NCBI GenBank assembly: GCA_045637305.1
Contig: JAZTZD010000077.1
Coordinates: 1,999-65,998 of the forward strand
Direction: 5' to 3'
Length of the DNA stretch: 64,000 nucleotides
From: Acutalibacteraceae bacterium
Lineage (GTDB): Bacteria; Bacillota; Clostridia; Oscillospirales; Acutalibacteraceae
The position numbers and the translations under genes were made by a program. This document shows, piece after piece, positions 29,442 through 38,184 of this stretch; position 1 is the first letter of the stretch; each line of letters opens with the position of its first letter. The notes under the pieces are model-generated. The model did no database searches. It worked only from the letters and a program-made list of their open reading frames with translations, and was not told where the DNA came from.

Positions 29442-30470
29442 CTATTCTTCAAGAGCCTGAGTTATCAGTCTGCCTACAAGGCTTGTGAGATACTTTATAC
29501 TCGGAATTATATTTTCATAATCCATTCTGGTCGGTCCGATAATTCCTATCGTTCCCGAATCATTGCCGTGAACGGAGTATTTTGCAACAATAACGCTTGA
29601 ATTTTCAAGCTGTCTGTAGATGTTTTCTTTGCCGATTTTAACATTCAGCGGGTCTTTTGCGGCATTCATAACCTCTGTAATCGGTTCTTTTCTGTTAAGG
29701 AAATCGAGAAGCTCTATGGCATCGCTTCCGTAGCCCTTATGAGCAAAAAGATTTGAACTTCCGCCAAGCATTATTTTTGAATCCGCCGTGCTCTTTGCAA
29801 GCTCACAGACCGCCGCCATAAGCGGAAGCATTGCAAACGCATCGCCGTCAACCGAAGCCGCAACGGTCTGCATTGAAACAACATTTATATCTGCTGCAGG
29901 CTTGCCGATTATATAAGTCTGTACTATATTATAGAATTCCTGACAGATTTTTGCATTAAGCTCGCAGTCGAGTCTGCAAAGTCTGCTTTTGAGAATTCCG
30001 TTTGATGTCAGAAGAACAAGCATTGCCGAATGAATTCCGACGGGAACAAGCTCGATTTTCGAAATCGTAACCGTATCGCCTCCGGGTGTGCTTGACACAC
30101 AGGCACATTTAGTCAAATCCGCAAGAAGCTCGCCTGCCCTGACGATTATCTTTTCGGGGTCACCGACTGCGGTTGAAACTCCCGCATCAATCAGCCGTCT
30201 GTTGAGGTCATCGATTTCGCGGGGCTTCATAAGGTTGTCAACATAATATCTGTATCCCGTCTGGGACGGCACTCTGCCAGCCGAGGTGTGCGGCTGTTCA
30301 AGGTAACCGAGGGCGGAAAGCTCGCTCATCTCATTTCGCACCGTTGCCGAAGAAACCGACATACCCGTTAAAGCGATAAGCTCCTTCGAGCCGACAGGTT
30401 CGCCTGTTTTTATATATTGCTCAACAACCGCGGCAAGTATCTGCTTTTTTCTTTCGCTGAGTTCGGACAC
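29442..30470 (-). CDS. hrcA: Heat-inducible repressor HrcA
   Basis: EPVGS, SSATVRNEM, QPHTSAGRVPS, IIGPTRMDY; GTG start. Confidence 0.97.
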   Translation of the reverse strand: MSELSERKKQILAAVVEQYIKTGEPVGSKELIALTGMSVSSATVRNEMSELSALGYLEQPHTSAGRVPSQTGYRYYVDNLMKPREIDDLNRRLIDAGVSTAVGDPEKIIVRAGELLADLTKCACVSSTPGGDTVTISKIELVPVGIHSAMLVLLTSNGILKSRLCRLDCELNAKICQEFYNIVQTYIIGKPAADINVVSMQTVAASVDGDAFAMLPLMAAVCELAKSTADSKIMLGGSSNLFAHKGYGSDAIELLDFLNRKEPITEVMNAAKDPLNVKIGKENIYRQLENSSVIVAKYSVHGNDSGTIGIIGPTRMDYENIIPSIKYLTSLVGRLITQALEE

Positions 30471-30504
30471 CTTTCACACCTGCCTTTCTGCTCGAGTGCT
30501 AATT

Positions 30505-30531
30505 TTAGCACTCAAAACCTTCGAGTGCTAA
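30505..30531. promoter_or_regulatory. CIRCE element (HrcA operator)
   Basis: Perfect TTAGCACTC-N9-GAGTGCTAA. Confidence 0.97.
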
Positions 30532-30542
30532 CTACGGTTATT

Positions 30543-30571
30543 ACTATAACCAATTTATCCGCATTTGTCAA
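30543..30571 (-). promoter_or_regulatory. SigA promoter of the hrcA-dnaK operon
   Basis: Reverse strand TTGACA-17 nt-TATAGT just upstream of CIRCE. Confidence 0.75.
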
Positions 30572-30643
30572 TAATTTAATTGTAAACACTTTGTTAAAAT
30601 GTGATTATTTCCCTGTAAACACTTTGAATATAAAAAATAAGAA

Positions 30644-30667
30644 GGCGGGAGCAAGCCCCCGCCCTAC
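30644..30667 (-). repeat. GTAG-type REP-like hairpin
   Basis: Reverse strand GTAG-GGCGGGGGC-TT-GCTCCCGCC followed by a T-rich tract; may also terminate the XRE gene. Confidence 0.65.
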
Positions 30668-30682
30668 GTTATGTTGTGAAAA

Positions 30683-30895
30683 TTATTTATTCATTTCCTT
30701 ATTGTTTGTTCTGTTCAGAATGTAATCAATCGATACATTATAAAAATCAGCAAGTTTAATCAAAATCTCTGTAGGTATATCATTTTTGCCTGTTTCATAT
30801 TTTGAATAACCTGTTTGTGACATACCGATAATTTTCGCCAACTGTGTCTGATTCAAGTCTCTGTCTTCCCTCAGGTCACGCAATCTTTTATACAT
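30683..30895 (-). CDS. XRE-family helix-turn-helix regulator
   Basis: RLRDLREDRDLNQTQLA..SQTGYSKYETG..DIP..LADFYNVSIDYIL, 70 aa. Confidence 0.92.
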   Translation of the reverse strand: MYKRLRDLREDRDLNQTQLAKIIGMSQTGYSKYETGKNDIPTEILIKLADFYNVSIDYILNRTNNKEMNK

Positions 30896-30918
30896 AATAT
30901 CACCGATACTATTATAGT

Positions 30919-30964
30919 TAACCTGAAACAGATTATTGACTTTTAACCTGAAATAGGTTAAAAT
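30919..30964 (+). promoter_or_regulatory. SigA promoter with overlapping palindromic operators
   Basis: TTGACT(30936)-17 nt-TAAAAT(30959); palindrome TTTTAACCT-gaaat-AGGTTAAAA at 30941-30963; second copy TAACCTG-aaa-CAGATTA at 30919-30935. Confidence 0.75.
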
Positions 30965-31016
30965 GTTTGTTGAGCTTTAAATTTTTATTATTGAATATTA
31001 TAGGAGGTTTATTAAA

Positions 31017-33290
31017 ATGAAAAAAATTCTATCTGTTTTTTTAGCATTATATTTTGTGCTTTCTGTTTGTCCAATCAGTTCAAGTGCTGCAAATTCACAA
31101 AAAGCAATGTTTTTATTCAAAAACACCCTTTATGTATCTTGCAATGTTTCATCTCACGCATATAAAGAATCCTATCCGTATCGAAAACCTATTGATATTA
31201 TTGATAATGTTTCAGGAAAAGGAAATGCATATGCACCTGTCGATTGTAAAGTAGTTGTTAAAGATACTTCTCAAGGAAACACCGTTGCCTTTGAGAGCCT
31301 GAATAAAGTTTATTTTGCAGACGGTACATATAACTACATGACTTTCATGCTTTCTCACGATAATGACATTTCCAATATCAGCGTTGGGAAAACATTCAAT
31401 CAAGGTGATGTTATTTATCAAGAAGGAAATGCAGGCACCAGTGCCGGAATACATATACATCTTGAAGTTGCAAAAGGTGCATACTCTAAACGTTCCAGTT
31501 CATCGCAAAGCATCTGGTCATTTATTCGCAGTCAATCCAATGTTAAATACCCTCACGAAGCCTTTTTTCTTTATTCCGGAACAAAAATATCTAAAAGCGG
31601 CGGTTACACATGGGTATACGCTAACGAATATACCCTTACCTACAACGCTAACGGCGGTTTAACTGTGCCTGCAAGTCAAACAGGAGCTTCCAGTTATACC
31701 ATTACCTCAACCCAACCCACACCACAAACCGGATACACCTTCCTTGGATGGTCAACAAGTAGTTCCGCTACATCAGCAAGCTACACCTCAGGTGACAAAA
31801 TAACTCTTTCCGCAAACACAACACTCTACGCTGTTTATCGTAAAAACACATTAAAAGTGTATTACAATGCAAACGGCGGTTCAATTTCATCTGATGAATA
31901 TAAGTTAAGTTCAGATATAATCTACAAAAAGTCAGATTCAACAAAATATTATCAAAGTTGGACTTATAATTCCGCTAAATCAAACGGTTTGATAAACCCC
32001 TCTACATTTGGATTGTCAAGAAGCGGATACAGCTTCGCAGGCTGGGGAACTTCAAGTTCAGGAGGTACAATATTTGATCAAAACAACACCGATTTAGTGC
32101 CTACAAATTTAACTTCAAACATCAAAAACGGAGATTGCTCAATAACGCTTTATGCACAGTGGAAGAAAAACACCTACACCCTCACTTATAACGCTAACGG
32201 CGGCTCAAATCCCCCGTCACCTCAAAGCGGTTCAACAAGCTACACTATCCCTTCCACCAAACCCACAAAATCAGGCTACACTTTCCTTGGTTGGTCAACA
32301 AACAGCTCAGCCACATCTGCTAGCTACATTGCAGGCAACAAAATAACTCTTTCTTCAAATGCAACTCTTTATGCTGTTTGGGAAAAGAATCCTACAGGCT
32401 CTAAGCCGGCTGCTCCAACCGTTTCAATAAGCAGCACCTCAGTTATTGAAGGCGAAAGTGTAACTTTAACATGGACTGCAGTTCCAAACGTTACAAATTA
32501 TTGGGTTTCAGGTTTCAGAGGCGATGAGAGAGTTATTGGTGAAATTGATAATTCCCGTTCTAAAAAACTAACATTAGAAGCCGGAACATATAACTTTTCA
32601 GTTGTCGCTATCAACAGCTACGGAGAAACAACCGGTAACTGGGTTCAGTTTACCGTAAAAGAAAAAACTTACACCCTCACTTACAATGCTAACGGCGGCT
32701 CAAATCCCCCGTCTAATCAAAGCGGTTCAACAAGCTACACTATCTCTTCAATCAAGCCCACAAAGTCGGGCTACACTTTCCTCGGCTGGTCAACTAGCAG
32801 TTCCGCCACATCGGCAGGATACACCGCAGGCGATAAGATAACACTTTCCGCAAATACAACTCTCTATGCCGTTTGGGAAAAGATACCCGTTATTGAAGCG
32901 GTAACGCCAACAATCAAAATCAAAAACAACCCTGAAACAACTACCATTAAATACGGCGATATATTGCATCTTACCGCCGAAACAACAAACATGCCCGAAG
33001 GTGCATTTGTTGCGTGGTATTATAATGGAACCGAAGGTGCTTTTGAATACGGAAAATCAGACGATACATTAACCTGTGCAATTTTATCTATCGATAACGG
33101 TTCAACAACAATTACCGCAGTTGTTGTTGACAAAAACGGTAATCCTATTTTGGACACATGCGGAAACGAAATATCCGATTCTCAAACAATAAAATCAAAA
33201 GCAGGTTTTTGGCAGATATTGATTTCACTTTTTAAAACTTTGTTTGGCTTAAGCAGAATTATTGTTCAATCGGCAAATAAAATCATTTAA
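31017..33290 (+). CDS. Secreted/surface protein: M23-like peptidase domain, Listeria-Bacteroides (InlB B) repeats, Ig/FN3-like domains
   Basis: Signal peptide; SH...PID, YAP.DC.V, QGDVIYQEGNAG...HIHLEV (M23-like); four YxLxYNANGG...GYxFxGW...TLYAxW type repeats; amphipathic C-terminal tail. Confidence 0.75.
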   Translation: MKKILSVFLALYFVLSVCPISSSAANSQKAMFLFKNTLYVSCNVSSHAYKESYPYRKPIDIIDNVSGKGNAYAPVDCKVVVKDTSQGNTVAFESLNKVYFADGTYNYMTFMLSHDNDISNISVGKTFNQGDVIYQEGNAGTSAGIHIHLEVAKGAYSKRSSSSQSIWSFIRSQSNVKYPHEAFFLYSGTKISKSGGYTWVYANEYTLTYNANGGLTVPASQTGASSYTITSTQPTPQTGYTFLGWSTSSSATSASYTSGDKITLSANTTLYAVYRKNTLKVYYNANGGSISSDEYKLSSDIIYKKSDSTKYYQSWTYNSAKSNGLINPSTFGLSRSGYSFAGWGTSSSGGTIFDQNNTDLVPTNLTSNIKNGDCSITLYAQWKKNTYTLTYNANGGSNPPSPQSGSTSYTIPSTKPTKSGYTFLGWSTNSSATSASYIAGNKITLSSNATLYAVWEKNPTGSKPAAPTVSISSTSVIEGESVTLTWTAVPNVTNYWVSGFRGDERVIGEIDNSRSKKLTLEAGTYNFSVVAINSYGETTGNWVQFTVKEKTYTLTYNANGGSNPPSNQSGSTSYTISSIKPTKSGYTFLGWSTSSSATSAGYTAGDKITLSANTTLYAVWEKIPVIEAVTPTIKIKNNPETTTIKYGDILHLTAETTNMPEGAFVAWYYNGTEGAFEYGKSDDTLTCAILSIDNGSTTITAVVVDKNGNPILDTCGNEISDSQTIKSKAGFWQILISLFKTLFGLSRIIVQSANKII
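31629..32877 (+). repeat. Intragenic B-repeat units (~210 bp) at about 31629-31838, 32175-32382 and 32670-32877, plus a divergent longer unit at ~31850-32165
   Basis: Shared DNA such as TACACCCTCACTTAYAAYGCTAACGGCGGCTCAAATCCCCCGTC in the last two units. Confidence 0.85.
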
Positions 33291-33307
33291 ACTCTATTCA
33301 CTAAACA

Positions 33308-33332
33308 AAAAGCAGCCTCTCGGCTGCTTTTG
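33308..33332. terminator. Intrinsic terminator
   Basis: AAAAGCAGCC-tctc-GGCTGCTTTT. Confidence 0.8.
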
Positions 33333-33380
33333 CATTTCAGTTAATAATTCTGCGATTTCTATGATTGTATCAGATATTGT

Positions 33381-33500
33381 GTAGGGCGGCTTGCCCACAA
33401 GCCGCCGTCTGTTTTTGCTCAATTCTTCGGCGGGATGAAGGCATCCCGCCCTACGCATTTTATATAGATTTATGCTGTAGGGGCAGATATCATCTGCCCG
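33381..33500. repeat. Cluster of three GTAG-type REP-like hairpins (REPIN/BIME-like)
   Basis: +33381 GTAG-GGCGGCTTG-ccca-CAAGCCGCC; -33454 GTAG-GGCGGGATG-cctt-CATCCCGCC; +33477 GTAG-GGGCAGAT-atc-ATCTGCCC. Confidence 0.75.
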
Positions 33501-33530
33501 CACACAGCATTATGAAATCTCATAATCAAA

Positions 33531-34616
33531 TTATCTTTGCAATATTTTCGTTTTATTTGCAATCGGTTTTTTGCTTAAATGAAGTAACACATCAAGCTTA
33601 TCCATTGCCCTTTCAAAAACTTCCGCAAGGACGATTGTCAGCGCAAAGCTGACCGCTGCAAAAAGCACGGGATTCCTGTTTGCCCCGAAATAAGAAAGAA
33701 TCATCATCGGGATTCTCTGAAGAATATATATTCCGAAAACTCTTTTTCCGAACCACTGCAGAACCTTGTTGTTGATGCTTATTCTCATTGATACAAGCAC
33801 GGTTATAATCGCAAAAACAAGTGCATAACCGACAAAGAACCATCTTTCATATCCGTTTTGCACAAACATTTCTTTAAGAAATACGAATGCACCGACAGAA
33901 ACGGCTGTTGTGAGAATCCATTTCCAAAAACTCGGAAGAATGTTTTTGTCAAAATACGGTTTTGCAAGCGCAAACCACATTCCGAGGGGATAACACATAA
34001 CTGTATCCCACCACCAATATTCGTTACCCTTGAATTCTTTGATAAGAAGAACCGCTGCAAAAGAAACAACAGTCATCACCGCTGTTCCGATAACCATTTT
34101 CTTCTTTGCAAAAATGAACACGGCAAACGTAAGAAGATAAAGAATGATTATATCAAATATAAACCATATACTGTTTCCGACTCCGTCGAGACCGACAAGT
34201 GAAAGCAGAAGTTTTTTCACGGTGTAATCCTTGCCGAGCGCGAGACCCGTTATATAAAAAATCAGAACCGCAACATCAAAATGTATAAGCACCTTAAGCG
34301 CCCTTTTGGTAGGCAACGTCTTTGCATATCCGTCTTTACTCTTAAGTCCCAGCGCAATGCCGTAGCCCGAATAAAAAAGAAACGCAACAACCATCAGCTG
34401 ACCTATGGGTCCCATAAAATCATTGAACGGCTTGTTCCACCACGAATTATCAACCGTTACATACTGCCTCATATGTGACAAAAGAACGATAACAACAAAT
34501 ATACCTTTTACCGAGCCTGTTTTTTGCGGGGACATATAATCTTCAAAGCCGTTTTTGAAGTTGATTTTTATTCCCCAAAGGCATAAAATCACAAGCATCG
34601 CGACAAAAATAACCAT
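33531..34616 (-). CDS. Acyltransferase family 3 membrane protein
   Basis: KGIFVVIVLLSH, VAFLFYSGYG, WFIFDI..YL, FGKRVFGIYILQ; multi-TM. Confidence 0.8.
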   Translation of the reverse strand: MVIFVAMLVILCLWGIKINFKNGFEDYMSPQKTGSVKGIFVVIVLLSHMRQYVTVDNSWWNKPFNDFMGPIGQLMVVAFLFYSGYGIALGLKSKDGYAKTLPTKRALKVLIHFDVAVLIFYITGLALGKDYTVKKLLLSLVGLDGVGNSIWFIFDIIILYLLTFAVFIFAKKKMVIGTAVMTVVSFAAVLLIKEFKGNEYWWWDTVMCYPLGMWFALAKPYFDKNILPSFWKWILTTAVSVGAFVFLKEMFVQNGYERWFFVGYALVFAIITVLVSMRISINNKVLQWFGKRVFGIYILQRIPMMILSYFGANRNPVLFAAVSFALTIVLAEVFERAMDKLDVLLHLSKKPIANKTKILQR

Positions 34617-34737
34617 ATTTCCGCCTCCTTGCCGCTATGATATCACATTATTTTGACCCCGTCAACAAAACATCTTGACCTTATGCTTTTATTTTGGTAT
34701 TATATTATTTATTATAAATAAAAAGAGGAGGATTTTC

Positions 34738-36294
34738 TTGGGTATCGGTAATAAAATCAAGGATGCTGTCGGTATCGAAGGCAATACATGGGAATATATA
34801 AGACCCATTATCGGCTATAACACAGCCTGCATAACAACAGGCGGCGTCACACAGCCTCTGAATATGTATCATCAGCAGTTCCTTAACTTTGTTGAAGGTA
34901 TGGACACCAGATTAACGGGAACAATAAGCACCATAGGCGGTGTTATCGATGCGATAACAGACCTTTCAATGGGCTTTATCACAGACAGAACAAAATCCCG
35001 TTTCGGTAAGCACAGAGTATGGATTATCGCAGGTCTGCCCATTCTTCTCATCGGTTATTTTATGAAATGGTATTCATTCGGCATTTCAGCAACGGGCAAT
35101 ATGACCGCTCTGTTTATTTATTATCTTATGGCTTCGCTCATTTACAGCACAGGCTATACTATGATAAATATTCCGCACGTTGCAATGCTTCCTGCGGTTG
35201 CGCCGAGGTACTTTGAAAGAACACAGTACAAAATCATCGAATACATATTCAATATGTTCGGAATGTTCCCCTCTTTCATCTTTATGAGCGTTGTTCTCGG
35301 CGGAACAAATATGAACAACCCCACACCTGATGACAGAGGCAAATATCTGATGTGCGGCATTATCTTTGTTATCTATTTCTGCTGGTCTCCGCTTGTTACT
35401 TTCTTTACAACAAAAGAAAAAAGCTCGCTTGACCTCAAAAATCCGCCCATTGATTTCGCTTATTTCTTCAGAGAATACATTCAGGTTTTCAAAAACAAGG
35501 CATTCAGACAGTATTTCCTCATCAATATGTTCTACGGCTTCTCAAAGAGCTTCTACAGCTATTCCGACCAGTTCTTTATCCGAAGCATCGCAGACAAATA
35601 CAGTCACTTCAGCGTTCTCAACACCGTTGGCGGTGCCGCTGAAATCGCAGGCGGTCCGTTCAACTATTTCCTTGTACGTTATATGGATAAGCGTACCTGC
35701 GGCTTCATTATGGCTCCCCTTATGATTGCGGGTCTTCTCATCAACGGCTTTGTAACTCCCGCAACACCCGTTTTCATCATTTATATTTCAACTATTCTTT
35801 ATAATTTCGGATTCTCGGGTCCCGGTTTTGTTATCAACAACATTCAGCCCGACGTTACCGACGTTGACGAGCTTATCACCGGCAGAAGACGTGAGGGCGT
35901 TATCACAACATTCTATTCATTCGTCAGAAAAACCATCAACAGCTTTGTTACGGGTATTCTCGGATACTCAATGTATTTCTTCGGATACGACACAACAAAC
36001 CCCGATTACGCTTCTCTTACAAACACTGCTGAATTCGGTATCAGACTCATTGTAAGCTGGCTTCCCACAATTTTCGCAATCCTTTCACTTGTTCTTCTCT
36101 TCACTTTCAAAATGAAGAAGCGTGACCACGAAATCATTCAGGCTGTTATCAAAGAAAAACACGAAACAGGCACCTGCCAGATTTCGGGCAGCGACAAAAA
36201 GCGTCTTGAAGAAATTGCAGGCCACAAATGGGAAGATATGTGGATCGGCAAAAGCGCTGTTGACCGCAAGCTTGAAGAACTTGCAAATATTTAA
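34738..36294 (+). CDS. MFS glycoside-pentoside-hexuronide (MelB-like) transporter
   Basis: [45 protein letters not shown]; TTG start 34738 after GAGGAGG. Confidence 0.88.
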   Translation: MGIGNKIKDAVGIEGNTWEYIRPIIGYNTACITTGGVTQPLNMYHQQFLNFVEGMDTRLTGTISTIGGVIDAITDLSMGFITDRTKSRFGKHRVWIIAGLPILLIGYFMKWYSFGISATGNMTALFIYYLMASLIYSTGYTMINIPHVAMLPAVAPRYFERTQYKIIEYIFNMFGMFPSFIFMSVVLGGTNMNNPTPDDRGKYLMCGIIFVIYFCWSPLVTFFTTKEKSSLDLKNPPIDFAYFFREYIQVFKNKAFRQYFLINMFYGFSKSFYSYSDQFFIRSIADKYSHFSVLNTVGGAAEIAGGPFNYFLVRYMDKRTCGFIMAPLMIAGLLINGFVTPATPVFIIYISTILYNFGFSGPGFVINNIQPDVTDVDELITGRRREGVITTFYSFVRKTINSFVTGILGYSMYFFGYDTTNPDYASLTNTAEFGIRLIVSWLPTIFAILSLVLLFTFKMKKRDHEIIQAVIKEKHETGTCQISGSDKKRLEEIAGHKWEDMWIGKSAVDRKLEELANI

Positions 36295-36314
36295 TTCAAC
36301 TTTTAGGAGTACCT

Positions 36315-38129
36315 ATGGCAATATCAAAAGAAAACATCAGAAATTTTTGTATAATAGCTCATATCGACCACGGAAAGTCCACTCTTGCAGACCGTCTGCT
36401 TGAAAAGACAGAATCCGTTGCTCTCAGAGATATGACTGCGCAGTTGCTTGACAAAATGGACCTTGAAAGAGAAAGAGGCATCACAATCAAGGCGCACGCA
36501 GTCAAGCTCGACTACAAAGCGCAGGACGGCAATAATTACGTGCTTAACCTCATCGACACCCCGGGTCACGTTGACTTTAACTATGAGGTTTCACGTTCAC
36601 TCGCAGCCTGCGAGGGCGCAATCCTCATCGTTGATGCTTCTCAGGGCGTTGAAGCGCAGACACTTGCAAACACCTACCTTGCTCTTGACCACGACCTTGA
36701 ACTTGTTCCCGTTATCAACAAAATCGACCTTCCCTCGGCAGACCCCGACAGAGTTTCGGCTGAGGTTGAAGATGTTATCGGTCTTGACTGCTCCGACGCA
36801 CCCCGTGTTTCGGCAAAAACGGGCCTCAATGTTGAGCAGGTGCTTGAGCAGATTGTTGCAAAAATCCCCGCACCCAAAGCAGAGGATAATCTCCCATGCC
36901 GTGCACTTATCTTCGACTCCGTTTATGACAGCTACAAGGGTGTTATTGTTTACGTAAGAGTAAAAGAAGGTAAAATCAAACCCGGCGACACACTTCGAAT
37001 GATGGCAACCGGCGCACAGTTCACCGTTGTTGAAACAGGCTATATGAGAGCAACCGAACCCGAGCCCTGCAGCGAGCTTACCGCAGGCGAGGTTGGTTAT
37101 ATCACCGCTTCAATCAAAACTGTCGGCGACGCAAGAGTCGGTGACACGGTAACAACTGTTGAAAATCCCGCATCCGAGCCTCTGCCCGGTTACAGAAAGG
37201 TTAACCCGATGGTATACTGCGGTGTTTATCCCGCTGACGGCGCAGACTACGAAAATCTCCGCGATGCACTTGAAAAGCTTCAGCTCAATGACGCTGCGCT
37301 CACCTTTGAACCCGAAACCTCGGGCGCACTCGGTTTCGGATTCCGTTGCGGTTTCCTCGGTCTGCTTCACCTTGAAATCATTCAGGAAAGACTTGAAAGA
37401 GAATACGACCTCGACCTTGTTACAACAATTCCGAGCGTTATTTATAAAATCAATCTTACCGACGGTTCGATGATTGAGATTGACAATCCCACTCACTATC
37501 CCGACCCCGCAACAATCGCTTCCTGCGAAGAGCCGTTCACAAATGCGCACATCTACGCACCGACAGAATATGTCGGCACAATTATGGACCTTTGTCAGGA
37601 CAGACGCGGCATTTTCAAAAATATGGATTATATCACTCCCGAAAGAGTTGATATTCATTATGAGCTTCCCCTCAACGAAATCATCTACGATTTCTTTGAC
37701 TCGCTCAAATCAAGAACAAGAGGCTATGCTTCATTTGACTATGAAATCTCCGATTACAGAAAGTCAAATCTTGTGAAGCTTGATGTCTTGCTCAACGGCG
37801 ACATCGTTGATGCACTTTCGTTCATAATCCATTCTGAAAAGGCTTACGGCAAGGCTAGAAAGATTGCCGAAAGACTCAAGGAGCACATTCCCAGACAGAT
37901 GTTTGAAATCCCCATTCAGATTGGAATCGGCGGCAAAATCATTGCGAGAGAAACTGTCAAGGCAATGCGCAAGGACGTTCTTGCAAAGTGCTACGGCGGT
38001 GACATCACAAGAAAGAAAAAGCTCCTTGAAAAGCAGAAGGAAGGCAAGAAGAGAATGCGTCACTTCGGTACTGTTGAAGTGCCTCAGGAAGCATTTATGG
38101 CTGTTCTTAAGCTGGATGACAACGATTAA
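36315..38129 (+). CDS. lepA: Elongation factor 4
   Basis: [49 protein letters not shown]. Confidence 0.98.
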   Translation: MAISKENIRNFCIIAHIDHGKSTLADRLLEKTESVALRDMTAQLLDKMDLERERGITIKAHAVKLDYKAQDGNNYVLNLIDTPGHVDFNYEVSRSLAACEGAILIVDASQGVEAQTLANTYLALDHDLELVPVINKIDLPSADPDRVSAEVEDVIGLDCSDAPRVSAKTGLNVEQVLEQIVAKIPAPKAEDNLPCRALIFDSVYDSYKGVIVYVRVKEGKIKPGDTLRMMATGAQFTVVETGYMRATEPEPCSELTAGEVGYITASIKTVGDARVGDTVTTVENPASEPLPGYRKVNPMVYCGVYPADGADYENLRDALEKLQLNDAALTFEPETSGALGFGFRCGFLGLLHLEIIQERLEREYDLDLVTTIPSVIYKINLTDGSMIEIDNPTHYPDPATIASCEEPFTNAHIYAPTEYVGTIMDLCQDRRGIFKNMDYITPERVDIHYELPLNEIIYDFFDSLKSRTRGYASFDYEISDYRKSNLVKLDVLLNGDIVDALSFIIHSEKAYGKARKIAERLKEHIPRQMFEIPIQIGIGGKIIARETVKAMRKDVLAKCYGGDITRKKKLLEKQKEGKKRMRHFGTVEVPQEAFMAVLKLDDND

Positions 38130-38145
38130 GACTAAAAGACAAGAA

Positions 38146-38172
38146 AGTGGCGGCTGTGTGCCGCCATTTTTT
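38146..38172 (+). terminator. Terminator-like hairpin between lepA and hemW
   Basis: TGGCGGC-tgtgt-GCCGCCA-TTTTTT. Confidence 0.65.
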
Positions 38173-38184
38173 GCAGGTGATATT

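Noticed and set aside
30683-33290. Prophage remnant (XRE repressor plus lysin-like domain)
   Set aside because: No integrase, structural or replication genes; the M23-like protein has a signal peptide and adhesin-type repeats.
33294-33652. Small ORFs 33294-33503 (-) and 33365-33652 (+)
   Set aside because: They are translations across REP hairpins and a terminator, with no protein-like features.
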